A program made the translations under genes and the position numbers. Below, piece after piece: positions 36,001 to 43,927 of a stretch of DNA of 64,000 nt (position 1 is the stretch's first letter; each line of letters begins with the position of its first letter). Under the pieces are notes generated by a model, which saw nothing but the letters and a program-made list of their open reading frames with translations, did no database searches and was not told where the DNA came from. Source of the DNA: a virus; IMG/VR virus record IMGVR_UViG_3300022745_000628, positions 32,001-96,000 of that record. The stretch is one strand, 5' to 3'.

Positions 36001-37444
36001 TCCAGTGCGGAATGGGCCTAAAACCCAGCTTATGGCACTGACAGATGCCGATATAGATAAGTTAGCTGGCAATCGAGAGCTCAAAAATGCTGAGACGGTT
36101 AACTGGAAAGACATGGCGCCGGTGGATGGCGGCTTATTTAGCCAAGATCTAACTGGTGGGCACGGATCCATAGGCGGCGGAGGCGGCTCGAGATGGAGCT
36201 ATATGTCTTTGCATACGCCTTTACCTAATCCTGTAATGGCTGAGCCAATTCGGCGTGTACTTGGTTTAACTAAACCGCAGTTTGAAAATATTATCGCTAG
36301 TAAGGATAGTATTAACGGCGAGACTGGCCCGCAGGCTATTCACAATGCGCTTAAGAAGATTGATGTGACGCGAGAACTTGCGCAAGTACGTGAGCAAATC
36401 AAATCTGGTAAAAAGACCAAGCGCGATGATGCAATTCGTAAAATCGGCTATCTAAAGACTGCTGAACGTTTGCAAATGCATCCGTCTGAATGGATGTTGA
36501 GTAAAGTGCCGGTTATACCGCCTATTTTCAGACCTGTGTCTGTAATGGGCTCGAAAAAACTACCGTTGGTAGACGACGCTAACTATTTGTACAAAGAACT
36601 GTGGGACGCTAACCAGACAGTTAAAAACCTGTCTAAGCATTTAGATCCTAAGGATTATGGCGATGAAATGTTGGCGACTTACAAAGCGTTCCAAGCTGTA
36701 ACGGGTTTAGGCGATCCGTTACAAGCCAAAAATAAAGAGCGCGGCGTTGCCGGCATATTAAAGCATGTACTCGGAGCTGGCGGCCCTAAGTCTAGTATGA
36801 TCCAGCGTAAGTTGCTTGGAAGTACTACTGACTTCGTTACGCGCGGTGTAATTGCACCAAACCCAGATTTACATATGGATCAGGTAGCGCTACCAGAAGA
36901 GCAAGCCTGGGATATGTACCAGCCGATGCTTGTTCGTCGAATGGTGCGTAGCGGTATGAGTAAGATGGATGCGTTGCGAGCTGTCGAGCAAAGACAACCG
37001 GTTGCTAAAAAAGCACTAGACAACGAACTCGAGGACGGCGTTGTGTTGTTCAATCGAGCTCCGACTTTGCACCGTTATGGCATTATGGCTGCAAAGCCGG
37101 TGCTGACTAAAAACAAAATTATCGAATTACCTACGTTCGTTTACGCTGGATTGGGCGCAGACAATGACGGTGATCAGATGAACATCCACGCTTTAACGAC
37201 ACAATCCGCTAAAGATGAAGCCATGGAAAAGATGTTGCCATCGAAGAATTTGTTCAATGTCAGCGAATTCAAGGTGCACCAGCTGCCATCCAAAGATTAT
37301 GTGGCTGGACTGTACGCTGCATCTACTGCACGAGACGACAAGAATCAGGTTATGTATTTTGATAGCCCAGAAGCTGCTATCAGAGCATATAAAGCTGGTC
37401 GAATCGATCTTGGTCGGCGTGTGAAAATATTAGATAAGAACTAA
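32963..37444 (+). CDS. rpoB: Multisubunit RNA polymerase beta fused to the N-terminal half of beta'
   Basis: beta: GTFIINANEY, HPSQFGFID, ESSRAG, ASRMMQQAL, GRNWEDAVVIS, QVGDKLSPRYGDKG, MKLHH, RLGMLEV. beta': ETVN..GGLF, DDANYLY, RKLLG, FNRAPTLHRYGI, GADNDGD. Confidence 0.93.
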   Translation: MTNPMDLHLGTSPNNNQPSALDGYDGLESQAPDIPAISPEITEKDLREFAHPQQLRAAIYDKTLAAAQAIQPVQNNRYKLSVTDVHYADPDHFDLTKQKQALLSGGSIGRRLRGTWVLEDAAGNTLGSKTTTLARIPHLTDRGTFINNANEYSLVSQLRLRPGIYTRKKANGEIEAHANVTKGPGHKLFLDPKTGVFKLGMQQSEMPVVTLLRAMGVNDAQLRDAWGNELAAANMRKDDAQVITKLHKKLVHKVDPDKSPSEQVVDAFHRMELDPEVSARTLGHPYTNMTSDAILATTKKLLAISRNEQETDDRDAMPFQTLHGPEDLLAERLSKSRGTMNKLLWKASAKGELGSGLSGAFDDDVKSALLTSGLGQVLEEVNLGEVLDQQNRVSRMGEGGITSGDSVPEESRALHPSQFGFIDILRTAESSRAGVDLRLANSVRKGPNNTLYTKVIDRAGNPVYRKPIAIADSVLAFPGEMESDTPYVRAIKNGRVTVVKRDDVDYTVPHMEGTLSPMANLIPGKSAVKGQRLVMASRMMQQALPLKEPEAPFVQSANPDKDGESFEETYSKFMGAVKADQRGRVMAVSPDHIEVKYADGDTKKIELANNFPLNRKTMYTQTAAVQPGDFIQPGQLLAHSNFTDKQGVTALGKNLRIAYMPYDGRNWEDAVVISESAAKKFTSEHAYKHDHEFTEADKPGRARYISIFPGKYNKETLSKFDEKGAIKPGTTVKAGDPLLLMVSEKERNKKSMIRGNKSVFQDKSILWDHDYDGQVTDVIHTPKGMSVVVKAYKPTQVGDKLSPRYGDKGIISHIVPDEQMIHDADGKPYEMLVSPLGLTSRINPMQYVENALGKITEKTGKTYKIKDFDGNTDLAQYAADELKKHGLSDTETVIDPRTGRKIPGIVTGNRWVMKLHHMAADKLQGRGLGSYDATGAPAGKTETSDSSKRLGMLEVNAIMSSGATNVLREAGLLRGQANPQYWSEYMSGLDPKTPEVPFVYDKFVNMLKAAGINPVRNGPKTQLMALTDADIDKLAGNRELKNAETVNWKDMAPVDGGLFSQDLTGGHGSIGGGGGSRWSYMSLHTPLPNPVMAEPIRRVLGLTKPQFENIIASKDSINGETGPQAIHNALKKIDVTRELAQVREQIKSGKKTKRDDAIRKIGYLKTAERLQMHPSEWMLSKVPVIPPIFRPVSVMGSKKLPLVDDANYLYKELWDANQTVKNLSKHLDPKDYGDEMLATYKAFQAVTGLGDPLQAKNKERGVAGILKHVLGAGGPKSSMIQRKLLGSTTDFVTRGVIAPNPDLHMDQVALPEEQAWDMYQPMLVRRMVRSGMSKMDALRAVEQRQPVAKKALDNELEDGVVLFNRAPTLHRYGIMAAKPVLTKNKIIELPTFVYAGLGADNDGDQMNIHALTTQSAKDEAMEKMLPSKNLFNVSEFKVHQLPSKDYVAGLYAASTARDDKNQVMYFDSPEAAIRAYKAGRIDLGRRVKILDKN

Positions 37445-37506
37445 TGCGACACAGCACCGGTTGTACAATTAAAACATCGCTTTCTTCTATTAGGATTTAA
37501 CTACGT

Positions 37507-38391
37507 ATGCCCAAACAAAACGGAACGTCTAATCTAATTTGGTCGTCTCGAGAGATCCCGGACGAAATATCCCAGCCAATCACCAGCGCAGCTGGGCATA
37601 TCGCAGAGGGTGTTAAAGATAATCTTGGACTAGGATTAGGTGCCGGCGGAGCGGCCGCGGTAGCCAATCAATTAGCTAATCGGGCGATGCCTAATATCGC
37701 TACGAGTAAGCCTGTAGTTGGGCCGGGTATGCTACGGGCCGCTGCCAAGATCGTTGGTCCGTGGCGCACACCGGCGGCAGGCGCTGCGGTTAGCTCGCTA
37801 ACGCACGGGCGATCTGCAATCGCTGGTATTCTCCAGAACTTGGCTAATGTAGCCAGCAGAGCAAAAACGCCGATACAAGCTGGAGCCGGTAATACATTAA
37901 AATGGTTAGGAGCCGGGGCTGTTGGCGGAGCCGGTTATGGCGCGTACAAAGGCTATCAAAACGCAGAGAAAGCAAGAACGGAAGCTATGGATACAATTCA
38001 AACTCGTCCTGTTGTTAAATGGAGCTCCGCGCGCGATTTCGGACGTCTGGCCGGTTATAAGCTCGCTGCTGACGTGACTGCTGATGCGCCGGCTGCTAAA
38101 GAGCGCCGACCGCTTAACCAGATTAACGGTAATGACATTGTTGGCGGTGCAACATTCGGGTGGCTAGGTAATCGGATTGGCGCACACGTGCCGGTACAGA
38201 ATCCTGCTGCCAGCTCGTATGCTTCGCAAGGTATGCACAGCAGTATTCCAAATATTGGCAAGATCCTTGCGTTAAACAGCAAACGTATGCCACCGGTGAC
38301 TAATGACCCTAAAGCCAAGTTAATCGGTACAATCTTAGGTGCTTTAGGCGGTGTCGGTGTATCCAAAGGGGTCGACGCCTTAGGCGGTTAA
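37507..38391 (+). CDS. Glycine-zipper virion/internal protein
   Basis: Four GxxG-rich segments; YKLAAD. Confidence 0.7.
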   Translation: MPKQNGTSNLIWSSREIPDEISQPITSAAGHIAEGVKDNLGLGLGAGGAAAVANQLANRAMPNIATSKPVVGPGMLRAAAKIVGPWRTPAAGAAVSSLTHGRSAIAGILQNLANVASRAKTPIQAGAGNTLKWLGAGAVGGAGYGAYKGYQNAEKARTEAMDTIQTRPVVKWSSARDFGRLAGYKLAADVTADAPAAKERRPLNQINGNDIVGGATFGWLGNRIGAHVPVQNPAASSYASQGMHSSIPNIGKILALNSKRMPPVTNDPKAKLIGTILGALGGVGVSKGVDALGG

Positions 38392-39640
38392 TTTTCGGAG
38401 CGATGTACAGTTGACGGATACCATACCAATTCGTAACAATTCATAACCAATGTTAATTTCCAGACGTATTGAACTCGATCCAAACAACAAGCAGGTTGGT
38501 CTGTTCCGGCGGCACGCCGGTACAGCTAGGCACGCTTGGAACTGGGGTTTGGCCGAGATCAAGAAGGTCTTGGAAATCCGCAAGGTTGAAAAAGAGCGAA
38601 CTGGCAATGCTGTTACCAAAGTGCCCACCGCGATGGACTTGCACAAACGACTTGTTGCCGAAGTTAAAGTAGCAAACCCTTGGTATTACGATGTTTCGAA
38701 ATGTGCGCCGCAAGAAGCGTTACGCAACCTCGAAAAAGCGTGTAAACGCGTTTTCAAAGTTAAAGGTACTGGGTTTCCTAAATTCAAAAAGCGTGTCAGG
38801 CGTGCTGTATTTGAGTTGACTAATTCTACTTTCAGACGAGCTGGCAAGAAGATTAAGTTGCCGGTTATTGGCTGGATTCGTTGCAAAGAAGCCATCCCGG
38901 CTGACCACGTTATCAAATCAGTGTGTATTAACCAGCGAGCCAATCGTTGGTTTCTGGCTTACAGCTACGAAGTCGAAACCGTTGTCGCCAACGGTCATAC
39001 CGACACAGTAGGTGTCGATCTAGGGCTTAAAACCTTAGCGACATTGTCCAACTGCGAGACCATTGTTCAGCCAAAGCAGCTCAAGCTGCAAAAGAAACTA
39101 GTCAGGTTGCAGAGAAAGCTTGCCCGTCAAAAACGCGGCAGCAACCGACGTAACGTTACCAAGCAAAAGCTTGCAAACGTACATTATCGAATATCTTGTA
39201 TTCGAGCAGATCTAACGCACAAGTTAACTTCACGCTTAGCCAAAAACCACGGCGTAATTGCGATTGAAGACTTGAACGTTCAAGGAATGCTTAAAAACCA
39301 TTGTCTAGCCCGATCTATTGCCAACGCAAACTTTTCGGAGTTTCGAAGGCAGCTCGAATACAAGACTTTACTTTACGGTTCGCAACTCGTTGTTGTCGAC
39401 CGTTGGTTCCCGAGCTCAAAGACTTGTCATGTCTGCCAACATAAGCAGGAAATGCCTTTGTCTAAAAGGGTATTTTGTTGCGAACAATGCGGACAAACGT
39501 CTGACCGGGATTTGAACGCGGCCAAGAACCTAGCAGCGGCCGGCTTGGCCGTTTTAGCGCAAAGAACCCGCAGAGTGGGATCGCTTTGCGAACTAACCAA
39601 AGACGCTACTTGTAGCGTTTTGTAAGTATTAGAAAGCAGC
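38392..39640 (+). mobile_element. Non-autonomous tnpB-only insertion element, ends approximate
   Basis: Fills the whole gap between two virion-type genes; short ACCAATT/ACAATT repeats upstream; GACGCTAC/GTAGCGTT hairpin at the 3' end. Confidence 0.65.
38450..39625 (+). CDS. tnpB: Solo TnpB (no adjacent tnpA), 391 aa
   Basis: HAGTARHAWNWGL; RuvC VGVDLG, IAIEDLNV and DRDLNAAKNL; CHVC...CEQC. Confidence 0.93.
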   Translation: MLISRRIELDPNNKQVGLFRRHAGTARHAWNWGLAEIKKVLEIRKVEKERTGNAVTKVPTAMDLHKRLVAEVKVANPWYYDVSKCAPQEALRNLEKACKRVFKVKGTGFPKFKKRVRRAVFELTNSTFRRAGKKIKLPVIGWIRCKEAIPADHVIKSVCINQRANRWFLAYSYEVETVVANGHTDTVGVDLGLKTLATLSNCETIVQPKQLKLQKKLVRLQRKLARQKRGSNRRNVTKQKLANVHYRISCIRADLTHKLTSRLAKNHGVIAIEDLNVQGMLKNHCLARSIANANFSEFRRQLEYKTLLYGSQLVVVDRWFPSSKTCHVCQHKQEMPLSKRVFCCEQCGQTSDRDLNAAKNLAAAGLAVLAQRTRRVGSLCELTKDATCSVL

Positions 39641-39650
39641 GAATTGATTT

Positions 39651-40304
39651 ATGAACGAAGTATTGATGAAATTGGCGCAACGCCGTATTTGGAGTGACGC
39701 TGTCGCTCAAAGTAAAACGGCTGTTGTCGGGCCCGGTGGCCCGCCTCCTATGGCACAACCACCTATGGACCCGTCCCAAGGTGGAGTTGCGCCACCAATG
39801 GATCCATCTCAAATGGGTGGAGCTCCGCCCATGGGTATGCCTGCGCCTCCAGCTGGAGCCGGTATGCCAGATCCGATGCAAGCGCCGGCTATGGCGCAGC
39901 AACCGGCTCCGACTCCCGCACCAGTAAAACAAAAGGCAGAAGATTGGTTGCCAAAGCTTGATACCAGGCTTTACAACCTACAGCAACAACTTTCGGCGAT
40001 TATGCAAGCTGTTGGCGCTCAGCTGCCAACCGATGCAATCATCTTGCCGCCTGGCGCATCAAATCCACCTATGGAAGCCGCTATGCCACAACCAGGGCCG
40101 CCGCAGCCGCCAGCAGACCCTGCGGCAGCGGGAATGCCTCCTGGCGCCGATCCTTCGGCTATGGCTGGTGATCCTTCGGCCATGATGGCGGACCCATCAG
40201 CAATGGCTAAGCAAAGCTCTATCTCGGATATCATCCGTAGTTCCGACAAAGCAAGTGCAGCTCAAGCGCTTGCTTTATTGCTGCGTAGACCGGTTACAGC
40301 TTAA
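39651..40304 (+). CDS. Pro/Ala/Met-rich low-complexity protein
   Basis: MKLAQ and SKTAV; PPMDPSQ and DPSAM repeats. Confidence 0.7.
   Translation: MNEVLMKLAQRRIWSDAVAQSKTAVVGPGGPPPMAQPPMDPSQGGVAPPMDPSQMGGAPPMGMPAPPAGAGMPDPMQAPAMAQQPAPTPAPVKQKAEDWLPKLDTRLYNLQQQLSAIMQAVGAQLPTDAIILPPGASNPPMEAAMPQPGPPQPPADPAAAGMPPGADPSAMAGDPSAMMADPSAMAKQSSISDIIRSSDKASAAQALALLLRRPVTA
40149..40208 (+). repeat. Three 21-nt coding repeats (DPSAMxx)
   Basis: Starts at 40149, 40170 and 40191. Confidence 0.75.
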
Positions 40305-40335
40305 GGCACACAGCAGTAACTATTACGCGCATGAG

Positions 40336-40372
40336 ATCCACATTGTATAAACACAGTGTGGATTTTTTTTTA
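40336..40372 (+). terminator. Intrinsic terminator
   Basis: ATCCACATTGT/ACAGTGTGGAT followed by a T run. Confidence 0.75.
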
Positions 40373-40388
40373 TTAGTCAGGAAACGCT

Positions 40389-40631
40389 ATGCTTGTCGAA
40401 TCTCATAATAAATTGGCGAATATCCAGAAATTTGCAGCTACGCGCGTAGTGATTTACGACGATTTCAATAATCCTATCGCGTTAGCCGTACAGCTTGATT
40501 CTGGTACGTATGTCACTAGTACGCTAGGGCAACCAGACTTTGCCGCATTACTGCAGAATTGTGGTGTACAATCAACCACGGTTATTACAGAGGTAGCACA
40601 CGTACCTCGTAGCCAGTTGAAATTCCAATAA
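40389..40631 (+). CDS. Hypothetical protein
   Basis: 80 aa; AGGA upstream. Confidence 0.7.
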   Translation: MLVESHNKLANIQKFAATRVVIYDDFNNPIALAVQLDSGTYVTSTLGQPDFAALLQNCGVQSTTVITEVAHVPRSQLKFQ

Positions 40632-40650
40632 CCTGATACAGGAGCAACTA

Positions 40651-40941
40651 ATGTCAGGATCAGCAATGCTGGATCAAATCAGCGAGATTATGCAACTTAC
40701 CAAGGAAGTTGCCGTGTTAAAGACTCAGGTGTCCGAGCTACAACAGGCGGTTACCGGGCTTGTGGAAGTGATGAACGACACGGCTGCGCGGACTAGCGTG
40801 TTTATGCTTACCAATTCTCAAATAATGCTGCGAAAAGGTGTTTGTACCGAAGCAGAGTGGGTGCACGTGCTGGAAGAAAGTAAGGTAGCCGTAGAGGAAG
40901 AGCAAGCTAGTGCCGCTGCAATAGCTGCCGAAGGCGCCTAA
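40651..40941 (+). CDS. Hypothetical coiled-coil protein
   Basis: AGGAG upstream; heptad pattern. Confidence 0.7.
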   Translation: MSGSAMLDQISEIMQLTKEVAVLKTQVSELQQAVTGLVEVMNDTAARTSVFMLTNSQIMLRKGVCTEAEWVHVLEESKVAVEEEQASAAAIAAEGA

Positions 40942-40972
40942 TCCGACAACCGTTGTAACGTAAAATAGTTAC

Positions 40973-43822
40973 ATGTCGCAAGAATTAACTGTCGGGCAAT
41001 TATTAATCGATCAGGCACTACCGCCGTCTATGCGCGGAGTGCCGCGGACGCTAGACGCCAAAGGCGTTAGCGCATTATTCCAGGAATTGGCTGAGCAACA
41101 TCCCGATGCATACCGCGATATAGGTAAAAAGATATCGGATATCGGCAGAGATGCCGCTACCATATCCGGTGGCTTCACAAGCGGTATCGCGCACTTGCAG
41201 CAACCAGAAGCAGCTAAACGAATTCGTAAAGAATTCGATGCTAAACTTCAAGCAATATATGCGCAGCATCTTTCAGAAGATGAGAGAAATAAGCAAGTTA
41301 TTGCACTTGCCGGCACTACGCAACAACAAATGGCGGAAGAAGTATATCAAGAAGCGCTAGCAAATAAAAACCCGATTGCGTTACAAGCAATGACTGGCGT
41401 ACGCGGTAATAAGATGAACGTAAACAGTCTGTTAGGCGCAGACATGTTGTACGCAGACCATAAAAATCAGCCTATTCCCTTGCCGGTTACTAGAAGTTAT
41501 TCCATGGGGTTAACCCCTGCTGAATACATGGCTGGCGCATTCGGAGCGCGAAAAGGGACGGTAGATTTGAAGCTAAGTACCTCTAAAGCCGGGTTTCTTT
41601 GTTTAGATGCAGACACATTAGTGCGTATGGCAGATTTTTCTGTCAAAAAGATCTGTGATATATCTGCCGGTGACATGGTTATGGGGGCAGATTTAAAAGG
41701 TAATTGCTTCCCGAGCCATGTAATCGCGTTGATCGATACAGGTGTAAAACCAGTAAATCGATATGATTTTCGTTATGGAAAATCCAGATCCAAATTTATA
41801 TCGATCACTGGCACTGCTGAACATAAGGTATTAGCACGTAAAAGTACTAGGACAAGATCTAAGAAAGTTCGAGTGTATCCGGACGCAAGCAGGGAAATGG
41901 CTGAGTTAGGTTTATTTGGTAATACCGGCACTACCAAATGTGAATTAGTCGTAGCGCCTCTTGGCGAAGATATGCCGCTAGTAAACTGTGCCTTTCAAAT
42001 GGCCACACCGCTAGAACCAGCACAAACTTACGACATTTGCGTGGATAATCCGGATCATTTGTTTGTGTTGGCTAATGGCGCTATTGTTAGCAACTCCAAA
42101 CAATTGAACCAGATATCCCATCGATTAGTTGTTACAGATACAGACGGCGAAGCTCACGACCCCGAAAATCCGCGCGGTATGCCCGTAGACACGGATAACA
42201 AGTTTAACGCTGGTTCGTTGCTTGCCCACGATGTAGCTGGCTACAAACGAAACCAAATACTCACGCCCAAGATTTTGAAAGATATCAAATCGCAGGGACA
42301 CGACTCTATCTTGGTGCGCAGCCCTATTGTGGGCGGCCCAAAAGATGGCGGAGTTTACGCTTATGACGCCGGCGTGCGAGAACGCGGCGGATTGCCCCCA
42401 ATAGGCGACTTTGTGGGTTTAGCCGGAGCACAGTCAATCGGTGAAATCGCGACGCAAGCGTCTATATCCAGTAAGCACTGCTTAATGGGTGGAACTCTAG
42501 TACGAATGGCCGATTTGTCTGTAAAAGCTATAGAAGACATACGAGTTGGCGACCAGGTGTTAGGCGCCGACATGTTTGGAAAGAGCACGCCAGTCAAAGT
42601 AGTTAACACATTCGACAACGGAGAGCGTGAATGTTCGCAGTTCAAATATCAAAAAGGTGCTTCGGCTATCGAGCTATGCAGTACCGCTGAACACAAAATA
42701 TTAGTCGTTACACCGTACGGTAATGAATTATTGGCTGCCGGGGTGGAGCAAGATCCATTATTTGTAAAACTAGCGGATAGTGATGAAATTTGTGTACAAG
42801 ACTACTCCGTACCGTTAGGAATGCAGCCTACATACGATATTGAAGTAGATCACCCGGATCACTTATTTGTGTTGGCAAACGGATTAATAGTTAGCAATTC
42901 CGGCGGGGTTGTCGGAGCGCAAGCTGGGGCACTAACCGGGTTCCCGTTGTTTAACGCTTTAATACAGGTTCCGGAAGTATTCCCAGGTGGCGCAACGCAT
43001 GCCCAAAACGACGGGCGTGTGACGGATATTCGCCCAGCTCCGCAAGGCGGAACATTTGTAATGGTGGATGGACAAGAACACCATGTGCACAGCAACTTGA
43101 AACCTACGGTTAATCTCCGTGATATGGTTGAAGCTGGTGACGTATTGTCCGAAGGATTGCCTAGCCCCGCAGAATTTGTCAAACATAAAGGTGTAGGCGA
43201 AGGCCGCCGGCAGTTTGTTACGGCATTTTCAAAGGCGCTACAAGAAGCAGGTGCTAAACATAATCGGCGAAATGTCGAGTTGTTAGCGCGCGGAGCTATA
43301 AACCACGTCCGCCTAACTGACGAATACGGTAATTTTTCTCCTGGCGAAGTACATCCGTATCAAACACTTGAAGCTATGTGGGAGCCTAGGGCTGGGTACA
43401 TAGCCGTAAGTCCGGAATCTAGTAAGAATTACTATCTAGAAAAACCGGTATTACATTACACAATCGGCACAAAGATTAAGCCGTCGATGATTGCCGAAAT
43501 GAAGAAGTACGGGGTTAAGCGCGTAATAGCCCACTCGGAGCCGCCTCCGTTTGAACCAGAAATGATTCGAGGTATGGCGTCGGTATCAGAAGATCCAGAC
43601 TGGATGACCAATATGTTCGGATCTTATCAAAAATCCAGCTTGTTAGACGCCGTGCACAATTCAAGAGAATCTGATGAATCCGGTACCAGTTACATACCAG
43701 CGCTAGCGCATGGTAAAACGTTCGGGATCTCTGGAGCAACAAAAGGTTGGAATCCAAAGGAATCGCCGATTAAACCGCCGGATTTTACACAACCGAAAAC
43801 TGTGTTAGACGATTGGGACTGA
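40973..43822 (+). CDS. rpoC: RNA polymerase beta' C-terminal half with two mini-inteins
   Basis: GVRGN; SYSMGLTPAEY..GARKG (bridge helix); VRSP; AQSIGE (trigger loop); VELLAR; SLLDA. Confidence 0.9.
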   Translation: MSQELTVGQLLIDQALPPSMRGVPRTLDAKGVSALFQELAEQHPDAYRDIGKKISDIGRDAATISGGFTSGIAHLQQPEAAKRIRKEFDAKLQAIYAQHLSEDERNKQVIALAGTTQQQMAEEVYQEALANKNPIALQAMTGVRGNKMNVNSLLGADMLYADHKNQPIPLPVTRSYSMGLTPAEYMAGAFGARKGTVDLKLSTSKAGFLCLDADTLVRMADFSVKKICDISAGDMVMGADLKGNCFPSHVIALIDTGVKPVNRYDFRYGKSRSKFISITGTAEHKVLARKSTRTRSKKVRVYPDASREMAELGLFGNTGTTKCELVVAPLGEDMPLVNCAFQMATPLEPAQTYDICVDNPDHLFVLANGAIVSNSKQLNQISHRLVVTDTDGEAHDPENPRGMPVDTDNKFNAGSLLAHDVAGYKRNQILTPKILKDIKSQGHDSILVRSPIVGGPKDGGVYAYDAGVRERGGLPPIGDFVGLAGAQSIGEIATQASISSKHCLMGGTLVRMADLSVKAIEDIRVGDQVLGADMFGKSTPVKVVNTFDNGERECSQFKYQKGASAIELCSTAEHKILVVTPYGNELLAAGVEQDPLFVKLADSDEICVQDYSVPLGMQPTYDIEVDHPDHLFVLANGLIVSNSGGVVGAQAGALTGFPLFNALIQVPEVFPGGATHAQNDGRVTDIRPAPQGGTFVMVDGQEHHVHSNLKPTVNLRDMVEAGDVLSEGLPSPAEFVKHKGVGEGRRQFVTAFSKALQEAGAKHNRRNVELLARGAINHVRLTDEYGNFSPGEVHPYQTLEAMWEPRAGYIAVSPESSKNYYLEKPVLHYTIGTKIKPSMIAEMKKYGVKRVIAHSEPPPFEPEMIRGMASVSEDPDWMTNMFGSYQKSSLLDAVHNSRESDESGTSYIPALAHGKTFGISGATKGWNPKESPIKPPDFTQPKTVLDDWD
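41600..42094 (+). mobile_element. Mini-intein 1 (165 aa) in the bridge helix
   Basis: AGFL|CLDADTLV ... TAEHK ... TYDICVDNPDHLFVLANGAIVSN|SKQL. Confidence 0.92.
42479..42898 (+). mobile_element. Mini-intein 2 (140 aa) in the trigger loop
   Basis: SSKH|CLMGGTLV ... TAEHK ... TYDIEVDHPDHLFVLANGLIVSN|SGG. Confidence 0.92.
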
Positions 43823-43927
43823 TCCACGCTAGGTGTGCAAGCCTTAAGTTTAAGCCGCATTTTTATTGTTAAGATGCGGTAAACTATAAAAAGGTACATC
43901 TCACATTTTTACCGCAGAACAAATACG

